A stretch of DNA of 49,528 nucleotides from Octopus bimaculoides. Lineage: Eukaryota. Numbering within the stretch: position 1 is the first letter of the stretch; the number at the start of each line of letters is the position of its first letter. The position numbers were made by a program, and so were the translations under genes. The stretch covers positions 28,600,098-28,649,625 of the forward strand of contig NC_068998.1 of assembly GCF_001194135.2 (NCBI RefSeq), written 5' to 3'. This document shows, piece after piece, positions 35,867 to 47,391 of the stretch. The notes under the pieces are model-generated. The model saw only the letters and a program-made list of their open reading frames with translations, did not search any database and was not told where the DNA came from.

Positions 35867-36015
35867 CTTGATCAGATAGGGCCCTGGGACAATGGGATTC
35901 TGTGGGCGCAATGTGCGTTTGAGGTGTCAATGTTCACTAAGTCCTGCAATTTTCATCAGTTCATGCAGACAGCCATGCTCTTCATTGACAGATAGGCTGA
36001 GTGATCTCCTAAGTG
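35867..36015 (-). pseudogene. 5.8S rRNA: Decayed, isolated 5.8S rRNA copy
   Basis: Reverse complement reads ...gatcactcagc...gtcaatgaagagcatggctgtctgcatgaactgatgaaaattgcaggacttagtgaacattgacacctcaaacgcacattgcg...ccagggccctatctga. It is colinear with the eukaryotic 5.8S core (GGATCACTCGG, GTCGATGAAGA, GAATTGCAGGAC, GAACGCACATTGCG), with many CpG-type transitions. No flanking 18S or 28S recognised. Confidence 0.85.
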
Positions 36016-36028
36016 AAGGCATGTAGTA

Positions 36029-36342
36029 GGCATGTGACTTACAGGTTAGGGTATTCAGCTCATAGTTGTAAGGTCATAAGTTGTGTCCTTGGGCAAAAGA
36101 GCAAAACACTTTATTTCACATTTCACCAGTCCACTCAGCTGGAGCAAAAATGAAAAATGTACACTTGTAATTCAAAGGGTCAGCCTTGTTACATTCTGTG
36201 TCACATTGAATCCCTCTGAGAACTATGTTAAGGGTATGGGTGTCTGTGGAGTGCCCAGCCTCTTGCATGTTAATTTCACAGGCAGGCTGTTCTTTTGATC
36301 AGATCAACTGAAACCCTTATTGTCATAACTGATAGATTGCCA
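36029..36342 (+). mobile_element. tRNA-derived SINE (second family)
   Basis: ggttagggtattcagctc head; ttgtgtccttgggcaa; ccagtccactcagctgg; gagaactatgttaaggg; gatcagatcaactgaaaccct tail. Confidence 0.8.
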
Positions 36343-39300
36343 ATTAAGTTGGTACAAGTTATTAGGATAATCTTGTAGTAGCAAATTATAATTAGAGAGG
36401 ATTCAGTTCATTTACATTGACAAGAGGGTATATCATCAGTGTATTTACCAGTGGCCACACGTTAATATCTGAGTTAATCATCAGTTGGCCTTCAGTTTAC
36501 CAGTATGAGTGCAGAATTCATGAAGAGTAGTTATTTTGATAAAATAACATCTGATGATAGGGATAGTATTTCTTTTCTCTTAATGATGGATTATTTCCCT
36601 GGATATCTATTATTTATTGAGAATATTCTTTACTTTTAAATAAGGTCTGATATTCTTTATCACTGTTTCCAGTTAATTAAACTCTATCCATATTGAAATA
36701 GCAGTTACTGAATACTTTGGTAGTTTAAGAACTAGCAAACTATCGAAGTTGCAGTAGTTACTAGACATAAACTCAAGAATGCGCATTGGCTAGATTGAAC
36801 TGCTGAAGATAATTTCAGTAACTGAGGATTTTATCAAAATGAAAGTGTTAAAATTTCTAAAACTTCACATTTTATTACACATGAATGAACAGAAACTAGA
36901 GGTAGAAGAGTGACAATCAAATTTGGTAACGAAAGGCTAGCAGAGAGCCAGCCTAGATCATGGAGCTGTTTCCACTATCCTTCATACAATCACTGCTGCA
37001 ATAATGTAGTTTATAAGGTTTGAGGAGTGTATGAGAATGAGGCCAGCTATTGAAATTGTTTTATTCAAAACAACACATCTTGTCTAACTGTAATCCTCCT
37101 TACTCAGGAATATCACATATGTTACTAAATTGCATTCTACAATATTCTTCTCTTGACAAAATATTAAAATAGTTGAATATCCAAGCTAAGATAAAGTGTA
37201 ATTACCTTCAACAGAAAAATATATTTTTGTTGTGGTCATTACAGCAGTTTTCTTTGTTTGCATGTGAGATATCAATTGGAATTGAACCTGATCTTTAAAT
37301 CACACTTCAACTCACACACTAAATCATAAAAAGGTGTAATGTGACCCCAATTATGAATAAAAACATTAATATCAACAGTTGTCACGTGTGGTAATAAGAC
37401 TTTCTGTTGGGCGACTCTGTACACCTGTTTAGTATATCCCTTATTATCTACAAGTCTATTCCTTACTATCTGCTAATATGTTCTGTATCACTTGCTGGCC
37501 TGTCTATCCCATGATAATTGCTTGTGTACTGAACGTATCTACTGCACTATACTCTATCATCGGTTGTCTTATACTTTATCATCAGCAGGTCTATACTCCT
37601 GCATCTGCTAATCTACCCACTGAGGAGGGGAATGCAGTCTATTCACTATTATCCATGTGTATATTCTAACCATTAATTACAATTATGTGATGTTTAGTTA
37701 TGTATTTCCTGCTTCTGCTAGTATATATCTCCACACCTACACTATGTCATGATGAAGCAATAGAAAGATTATTGATTTTCTTCTCTCTTTATGTGTCATA
37801 GCAAATTCAGATAAATATATGTCTGTGAGTTAAGCTTATTTGTTTCAATTCAAAATCTTCCCTATTCACCTGAAAAATATTGACCAGCTTCTGTATAGGT
37901 TTTCTCTAATTTTACCTAATTGAATTTGACTTTTTTAATAGAAAATATAGTGAACATAATTTGTTGTGAACTAAATCTGATACTAATTTAGAGAAATATA
38001 GAAATGAATTTTTGTTCCTAATTTAGAGACAATTAGCTAAATAAACTTCTGCTCCAATCACAGAACATAAAAACCAGCCTTTGGCTGTGAAAAGACAGTT
38101 GCTGTAAATTTGCTTAACTATCAGAATCCAAAATTGATGTAATGATCCCACTAATTAAGAAAGCATGAGTTTAGAAACTGCAATTTCAAAGAATTATCAT
38201 AACATCAAATCTTGGAATATTTATGATACTTATCTAAAAGAACTGAAAAAATAAAACTCATAAAATTTATAAGTTGTAAAAAATATTGAATCAAATGCTG
38301 TAAAGTGTTATGTCAAATGAGTCAGTTGATGGAACTGCAATACTTGTTGAGATATAAATATAATTCTTTCTTAGGCACCAGTGTTTAGATAGACCGAAGA
38401 AAAGTGTTAAGATGTTATAGTGTTCATACATTTTCTAAATACATTAGTGATTTAAACAGAGTGAAATAGCTGTAACTGGGACAACTTCTTGGTTGCAAAT
38501 TAACTTTACTTCATTTATGTGGTGCATTTATTACTGAAATGTGGACATTAACTCAGTAAAGAATGTTTAATGGATTGAAGCATGAGTAATTGAAAGGATG
38601 TGTACAAATTCATACCAAATTTCTTTCAAAAATAATATAAATATTTTAAATTGTTAGATAAGGTACAGAACTTTCAATATACATACATACATACACACAT
38701 ACATTCATAAATACAAACATACATACATACATACATACATACACACATGTGTGTGTTAGAGTAACATCATTACCATCATTGTCATGATGATGATCATTTT
38801 TTTGTCTACTACTTTACATGTTGGCACAAGTTTGATGGTTTGGAAAGATGCAACAGGCTAGCGGAGACCAGCTTGCTCCAATGTCTCAGATTTAGAATGG
38901 TTTCTACAAATTATGGGTGGAATGATGCTAGAAAGTGATATAAAGATGATAGTATTGATGTGTGAGTGAGTATGTGTATATACATATGAATGCATATGAA
39001 TATATGTATGTTTGTATATACAATATATATGTATATATATATAAGCACAACTATGTGGTTAAGAAGTAGGCTTCTCAGTTTTGTAGTTTGGGGCTGTGTC
39101 ACACCTTGAGCAATTGTGTTGTGCTATTGTTCAGGGTAGACCAAAGTCTTCCAAGTGGATTTGGTAGACAGAAATAGAAAGTAGCCCATTGTATGCATAC
39201 ATATATATGCATGTATGCATATCCTGGGTATGTATCCAGTAGTGGGGTCCTGGTTTGGGAGCTCCATGGTTTTGAGGAATGTGGAATCACCACTTTGCCA

Positions 39301-39727
39301 CTATTCACTATTATTCCCAGGTCAACTGTCACCCAGAGTAGTAGCATCTGTCAGGTGCCAACGTTGGGTTAACTAGCATATTAGGAGTTGCCTAATATGC
39401 AGTCTCTGCAAAAGAAACCTTTGTGGTTCAATGGAAGGGAAGGCAACACTTTGTGGAGTGGAGAGAGCAAGATGAAGCAAGTAGGACATCTTGGTCATCT
39501 ACTGCATCCATTTCCCTCCCCAGTCATCTTAACCTGGTCTTGCCTCTGAATGATAAGATGGTCATGGTGCACAACATTTCTCTTCAGTTTAAGCAAAGCC
39601 ACCACAGAAGTCAGCAGTCGTCCTCATAAATGACCAGATGGTCCAAGTCACTCAGACAGATGAACATTTATGTATGTATGCCTGTCCATCTGTGTCTATG
39701 TGTGTGTTTACTTATGTTTATGTGTCT

Positions 39728-39781
39728 CCAAATAATGTAAATATTACTAATATTACTAAGTATCTTCTAGTATTTATCAAT

Positions 39782-39821
<40 letters not shown>

Positions 39822-40057
39822 TTTCATAAGAAGTAAAAACCGCACTAGTGTAATAGATATTATTAAGCATATATACTAATGTATATACTTTGTGTATTTT
39901 CCAGTGGCTGCAATAACACATTGGAGTATATAAACTCTCATTTAGAGTATATAAACACCAGTGACAATGAGAGTTTATATACTTCGATACACCATTGCAA
40001 CCATCAGAAAATACACACAGCATATACATTAGTATATATATTTAGTTATATATATGT

Positions 40058-40120
<63 letters not shown>

Positions 40121-40167
40121 GTAATAAATACTAGAAGATACTTAGTAACATTTACTAACTTACTTGG
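39728..40167. mobile_element. Foldback/MITE-like palindromic element with microsatellites in both arms
   Basis: Outer arms 39751-39777 and 40124-40150 (ttactaagtatcttctagtatttat and its reverse complement). Inner arms 39869-39942 and 39966-40040. Termini ccaa...ttgg. Confidence 0.8.
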
Positions 40168-40759
40168 CTTCAATGTTCTGTTTAGCCCAGTGATGATCTC
40201 TACGTCTCTCAACTGTTTCTGTTTGCTAAAACTTGCTAGTCCACATAAACCATACTCCTTTGTTCCTCTATCATGGCTTCCTTCTCTGTCTCTATTCTCC
40301 ATATTAGACACTTGGTTTAATCTTTTTTTCCCCCAGAAATGAATCTATTTTCATTTCCTCTTCAAAATTTTAACTTCTGAGAATTTTGCTTTATTATTAT
40401 TATGTAATAAGCTAAAAGTTTGGTGGAATAAGATATACTGCATCTGGTAGGATATCTAATTTCTTTTGACTGTACTTATAGATATTTAGTTAAAGCACAC
40501 CTTTCGATATATAGTAGTTGTTGTAGTTCCTGGTCATATCTGATCAAACATACTTATGATCAAAGCATTCCAGCCAAGACGATTAGGACTTATTTTCAAA
40601 TAATGTCTCCAGGATCACATTGTCCAGTGTATTCTTCCTTTTATAAGCCACTTTTCTAACAGGTTCAGCAACCACAGAAGTTCTCCTCTGTTGGCTTGTG
40701 ATAACAGACCTGATATTTTCAGTCTCTGGTTAATAGTTCAAATAGCACTGTATGCTGCA

Positions 40760-41151
40760 GTTCACAAACAACACTTTATATCGATTCTATAGTTAGTAAA
40801 CAACACCATTTATTATAGTTAATAACACCATATACTATGATTAACAATGAAATATACTACAATTAACAGTTAAAACGACTCCATATTACAGTTAACAACA
40901 CTATGCACTATAGTTTGCAGTTCAAACAATGCTATATACTATACTTAACTCTATATACTCTAGTTAGCATTATATGCTTTGTTAATGACTCTACATACTG
41001 AAGTTAAAAGTTCAAACAACACTACAGATAACAGTCCAAACAATATTATATACCATTGTTAACAGTTATATACTATAGTTAACAGTCCAAACAATATTAT
41101 ATACCATTGTTAACAGTTATATACTATAGTTAACAGTCCAAACAATATTAT
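40760..41151 (+). repeat. Degenerate ~20-bp minisatellite ending in a perfect 51-bp higher-order repeat
   Basis: Units like acaacactatatactatagtta. The unit taacagtccaaacaatattatataccattgttaacagttatatactatagt starts at 41029, 41080 and 41131 (partial). Confidence 0.85.
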
Positions 41152-42579
41152 GTACTACTCTTTCCTTCAGTCTTGTAATAAAGTATAAACATAATCCAAA
41201 AGTGCATAAAAGTATGTGAAGTTTTTGATCCTTTCAAAGTTGATGTAAAAACAGTAAAGAACTGACATTAGCAGTTAGTTTCTTTTACTTTTAATCATAT
41301 ATAGTATTGTAGACTCTCCCATTCCTGTGCCCTGAACAGAAGAAACATTTTGTGTCCGGTGCTTTACACTGTTTGGCTATCTACTCTCTTAGTACAAGTG
41401 TAAAAATATTTTCTCAACCAGTTTGTTAATAATAGTTCTAGTTTACCTGAGTCATCACATGACCTTCATGTATCCAGTTATTTTCTTGATTCTAATTAGC
41501 CATTCAACATAGGATTAAAATTTTTTTTTTATTGTGATATCATCAATTTCCTGTGAATTTACCACATGCAACTTACTACAAGTGTGAAGTTAAGTGGAGG
41601 TCTTCAGCTGTTGATGACTGTGGCTAATATACTACAGCATGCTCAAGTAATGCACTTTAGTAACAATGACCAAGTAATTATAAGTTATGAGTTCAAACAC
41701 TGTTGTTGGTATTGCACTAACCCTAACCTTGTCAACATACTGAACTGTCCTATTCCACGGAACTGATAAGAAAAGATGTATGCCTAGATTTATTATTTGC
41801 TTATAAAAATAAGTAAGATGCATATGTAATAGGGTACTTGTGGACATCTTGTGTCCTTAGCAGCAGATGACAGGTAAAAGCTAAATAATCTTTGAGGCTT
41901 GAGACACTACACTCACTTACTACTACTAGGTATTGGTCAGCTCAACTGCTGGAATTTGATGGCATCCATGTTTAAATTTAGATTATCACTTCCTGCATTA
42001 ATAATTTAGATCACTAGCTTCAATAAAATAATAAAATAAATCAATAAAATAAATGCTAGTATTAATGTTAGAACAAAGACTTGTAAACAAAACCATTTGG
42101 AAAATGAGGAGATGGATGTTAAAAGATTAGCTTAAGCTTGTCATTGTTTTTGCATGTTCAAAAAAATGTCCAAGTTACTAGACAAGGAATATCAAACACA
42201 GAAATAAAGATTAAACAATATTGAGCAGTTCCTAACTATTTGAACCATCAACAAAAGAAGAAAAAAAATTAGTAATTTTAAAGAATAATTTTTGTTTTCA
42301 TATTCTTTTTAGAATAACTTTTATTATTATATTTTATTATGTAATTATTTCAGGTAATGTGATCATGATTCAGTAAATTTATGCAATATCAATGAGATAT
42401 CAAGTAAGTTAATGTATTATATTGTTATAGTGTTGAACAAAGCTTTACTTTGTTTCAAGTTAGGAAATATGTTTATAGATTAACCACTGTCAACAACTAT
42501 ACAGCATAAAAATATAATTTCTCACTATATGGATTCCCACTCCCCCCCTCACTCTCCTTTTCTATCTACCTCTCCATCT

Positions 42580-42757
42580 CTCAAACATACACACATACAT
42601 AAAAACATGTATATTCACATACTCCGACATATACTTACATTCAATCACACACACACACACACACACTCACACGGAAATATACACGTGCCTATAAAAGCTA
42701 TTCTTGTACATCATACCTTTCCACTCACAACACACACACTGCACAAACACATATACA

Positions 42758-42792
<35 letters not shown>

Positions 42793-43310
42793 CATACATA
42801 CACACACTCCACAGACATTCACCTGCCACACCACACAGACACATGCATATTACACTCATCACAACACAGACACATACATCTACTGCATACAAACATATAC
42901 ACAGAATACTATTTTCCGTGTATATGTGTATATGTATATTTATGGTAGGTGTATGTCATTGAGGAGTGTAGGTGTCATGTGTGTTATGTGTTTGAGTGTT
43001 TGTGTGGCATGGGAGATGTGTGTATCTGTGCAGGATGGGATGATGTGTGTGGAATGTGTATGTTTGTGTGAGTGTACGGACTGAGTGTATATATGTGTGT
43101 GGAGTGGTGTGTACAAGGAGTGGTGTGTGTGTGTGTGTGTGTGTGGAGTGGTGTAATATTGTGTGTGATAAGTGTATGCGTGTGTTTGGAGTGTATGGTA
43201 CATATATGTGTGTATATGTGGAATGCTGCATGTTTGTGTATGGTTTAGAGTGCGCAGTATGAATGTGTGTGTGCATGGAGTGCGTGTGTGTGTGTGTGTG
43301 TGTGTGTTTA
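42580..43310. repeat. Low-complexity CA-rich tract followed by a TG-rich tract
   Basis: 42580-42905 is CA-rich; 42918-43310 is TG-rich. Confidence 0.85.
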
Positions 43311-43590
43311 GTGGTGTAAAACTGATCATATATTTTAGAAACACCTACTGGAACAACTAATAGTGTAGTTGGCTATTGGCTGACACAGCTGTGAGAGACT
43401 ACATATATTAGTATGTGAATGTCCTATGTCAGCTACACAGAATGTTTTCTAGCACATGTGACACAGTCACTTTGTCTCTGATGGACAAATGATTGCTTTG
43501 TTCATTTCATTCAGGTCCAATGGATCAATGAATAGGTTGTGGGATTCTACGTTAAAGAGAATGGGGCACAATTATAGCATCCATCAAAGC

Positions 43591-43686
43591 ACTACTGCTG
43601 CAGCTACTGTTGTTGGTGCTGCTGTTACTGCTGCTGTTGTTGCTGCTGCTGCTGCTGCCACTACCACTGCTGCTGCTGCTGCTGCC
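43591..43686 (+). repeat. Interrupted (CTG/GCT)n trinucleotide repeat upstream of the PDE4-like ATG
   Basis: actactgctgcagctactgttgttggtgctgctgtt...gctgctgctgctgctgcc. Confidence 0.9.
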
Positions 43687-43829
43687 AAGCATTGATTGCC
43701 TGCACAAAACTAGACCACTACTCATATTTCAGAATTTCACTGAGATTAGGTGGGTTTTTTTTCATGCACAAATAGTAATTATTCAACTCCCCCTCCCCAA
43801 CCCCTGATTTCTAAGAGGATTTACTATCA

Positions 43830-43921
43830 ATGGCCCAACCAAAAATGCCTCTACGGACAGCAATGTTATCAGTGCCAGGTAACGAGTCCTTGAGTGCCCG
43901 AAGAAGACATTCCTGGATTTG
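43830..43921 (+). CDS. PDE4: Isoform-specific N-terminal coding exon of cAMP-specific phosphodiesterase 4 (dunce), long-form type
   Basis: ATG GCC CAA...AGA AGA CAT TCC TGG ATT TG|gtaagt encodes MAQPKMPLRTAMLSVPGNESLSARRRHSWI+TG (phase 2), with an in-frame TAA at 43812-43814. RRHSWIC followed by FDV(D/E)NG is the N-terminus of vertebrate PDE4D3 (MMHVNNFPFRRHSWIC) and PDE4B4. The downstream common exon is not in this window, so the assignment rests on one motif plus splice phase. Confidence 0.75.
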
Positions 43922-44004
43922 GTAAGTTTTTTCCTCTTCATCGATCACTTTTCTGAAGATACCATGCTTTTGCAATATCATACATGTACTATGTTATAGC
44001 TGCA

Positions 44005-44060
<56 letters not shown>

Positions 44061-44648
44061 TACCCTCTCTTTCTTCCTCTTTTCTTTCTTCCTCTCTCTC
44101 TTTCTTGCTCCCCTTTCCGTTCTCTCTCTCTCGCTTCCCTTTCCATTCTCTCTCTCTCTCCCCTTTTCATTCTTTCTCACTCTCCCTTTTCCATTCTGTC
44201 TCCTTCCAAAGATGCCTGCTGCTAAGTGCAAGCTTCCAAATTATCACTTGACAGTGCATCAGCATGCAGCCGAGGTCTAATGCCACTGTCACACCTTACT
44301 CCAACATTGTTTACTTTCATTTACAAACATTACATTTCCTACTTTCATCCTATTACATAAATATCACCACAACGAAGAACCCTATTTATTATATACATCA
44401 CCTGAATGACAAAGAGCCCTATAAGATTCACCACCCCCACTGACACAACGAAAGACTCTAATCCATTCATTACTATCGCTACTACAACAAAGGACCCTAT
44501 ATGCCTGCCACTACCAGAATGACAGACCCTAGTAATATACCAACATAATAAAGGAGATAAATTGAAGCTTTCATTTATTTATAGTTTATTTTTATTTTAC
44601 AAATATCTTGCTCCTCAACATTTCTACTATTCTGCATATTTGTATGGT

Positions 44649-44727
<79 letters not shown>

Positions 44728-44731
44728 GTAT

Positions 44732-44772
<41 letters not shown>

Positions 44773-47175
44773 TGTTCATGTATGTAGTATGTATGCCTAA
44801 TGTTGTATAATATAAATGCCCACATATCTATGGACATATACAACACACAAATATACAAGATAATTCAGAAGTCCCTTTCGTATTTAAATTTAAATAATAT
44901 ATAAAATTGAAATGTTAAAGGGACATTCTGATCACTGTGTATTACTCATAGACATTGATTCCTACATACTTTTAGAGATTACACAAAGATTATGGACAGG
45001 TAAATGGAAGTATGCACCTTTACCCATGCACACACATACATACATACATATCTGTACACATATGTACATTTATATATATATNNNNNNNNNNNNNNNNNNN
45101 NNNNNNNNNNNNNNNNNNNNNNNNNNNNNNNNNNNNNNNNNNNNNNNNNNNNNNNNNNNATATATATACATATATATATATATATATAAAGTATATGTAA
45201 AAATTATCTTTCTGAAACAGTATGTATACATTGTTATATATAGTAATTTCTAAAAATATATTCTGTGTAAAGTTCAATCAACAGCTACAAAACAAGCCGC
45301 TGGGTCACTGTTAAAATCTTATTGTCATCCATTGTGAGGAGAAGAGCAAGGCATTCTAGTTGGTCCCATAACTCTCTAAGTTATTGATCATACTTGACAT
45401 TTAATGGTAGCACAAATAAAGTAAGAATTGAACCTATGATATGACTCTCCGTTCTTACTAGGAGTTTTCTATACTTTATACCATTTCTTTGCATGTTGCA
45501 TATATGTACATGCGAGAATAATTAAATGTAGCATATGTGCATCTATGTGTGTAAGTATGTATGTATGATGTGTGTGTCTATGCATGTGAGTATGTATGTA
45601 TGTATGTATGTATGTGTGTGTCTGTGTATACGTGTGTGTGTGTGTGTGCGTGCTTGAGAAAAAAAGCTTTTTACTTGTTTATTTAAACAACAATAACTAT
45701 GTAGAGCCACATGCTGAACTTAGAAAAATGTTGCATTTTTTTATATATCCTGTCACAAATTGACTTTACAGAATATATTTAAAGTACATCACTTTATCCT
45801 TTCCCCAAAACTGCAACTGTACCTATAATTATAAGTATAAATGTGAAACTATAATCCAGTTATTGTAGTTGTGTATTGTTAACTAACTATCCATAATTCT
45901 TCTTTTTGGTGGCTTTGATTGAGAAGTTTACATTTGCTGGACAGTTGACATTCTCAATAGTTCTGCTTTTTCAGATATCTATTTAGGTTTATGGAATTTA
46001 ATTTTGTGTTATAGGAATGTTCTACAAATTACTTTGTATTGAAAGTTCCTGATATATTCCATATCGGACATATTTTTGAAACTTCAGGACTATATTTTCT
46101 ACGGAGAACATTGTATGTAGTCTCTCTCTTCCTCCCCACTCTCCACCACACACATATAGGATACATTTAATTTGGTCACTTTGTAGGATGATGTTCACTG
46201 TCTGTAGAACTAGAATAGCTGAATCTAACTAGTTTTAAAGTCTTGAGTTCAAATTCATTGCAGGCTTTTTTTTGTATATTTGGACATTTGTGTCCTTGTC
46301 TTTCAGTTCTTCTAGTTGTTGGGAATAGATATCAGCTCTTCTGAGAATTCTATGCAAATGAAATTTGTCTCCCAGCTGCTTGACATTTGAAAGAAGTCAT
46401 AAAGCAGTGATTCTTATAAAAGCTCCCCAGGGTTCAGAAAATAATGATGTTTTACATGTTATGATTTCCATACAAACATGTTGTGAGCATTTCTTTTTAA
46501 TATTAGGTACATTCAGGTTTTAATAATTCTGTCTTTCATTAATAATACATTTTGTAACTACCTCTTTTTCTTGAATTTAAAACCAAAGCTTACAAAAGGT
46601 GACTAAGTAAAAATGTCCAGCTTATAGAATATACATCTATTTTTGGTTGGTGCAATGCATTTCTCTTCTAAATCTCAATAAAGACAGATATGTTTAGCAG
46701 TTCTGTGTTTGCATAGCACATCATCATACTTTGAGTGCATTTTTAGAAGTGTACTCCTAACTTATATATGATACTCTTGTTTTCAAACACCTCTTCATTG
46801 CATTGATTCTCTCCCACCTTGTTGCTTAACTGGTCATATCCAAATAATACCATATGGCACTCAAAACTATCATGATTGGTATGAAGCCTTTTCTCATTGT
46901 TTTCTTCTGAAATAGTCTATCATTATTTCCATGAAAGTTTCCAATTGATGTTAGAATCTTTTGATATCAGAATCTACCATTTGAACATATCCTTTATTGT
47001 CCACTCAAGCAGCCTGAATACTGATATTAAATGCATTGGAGAACAGGGTCTTTTTGTAAAAGGAAAGCTTTGGTTACTGTTTTTCTTAGTATGGTAACTA
47101 TTTATTTATTGATTGTGTAATTGGTTGTATAATAATCTAACTCATGCCAGCTTAGAAAATGATGTATGTAAAATT

Positions 47176-47391
47176 ATGATGATGATGGAGGAGGTGGCTG
47201 TAATGTTGATGATGATGATAGTAATGGTGGTGTTGGCAGTAGCAGTGATGGTAGTCATGGTAATGATGATAATGATGATGGTGTCAATGATGATGATGAC
47301 AATGATGACGATGAAGATGATGATGATGAAGATAATGATGATGAAGATGATGATGATGATGAAGATGATGATGATGATGATGTCAGTGATG
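47176..47391 (+). repeat. Long interrupted (GAT)n repeat
   Basis: atgatgatg...gaagatgatgatgatgatgatg; produces the spurious poly-Met and poly-Ile ORFs. Confidence 0.95.

Noticed and set aside
41719-41728. TTAGGG-like telomeric motif (aaccctaacc)
   Set aside because: Fewer than two full units; chance occurrence.
41861-41873. Microexon candidate ttag|CAGCAGATGACAG|gtaaaa
   Set aside because: Lengths of 13, 10 or 7 nt are not frame-preserving, and there is no other support.
42529-43344. His/Thr-rich and Val/Cys-rich ORFs
   Set aside because: Translation of CA/TG low-complexity DNA.
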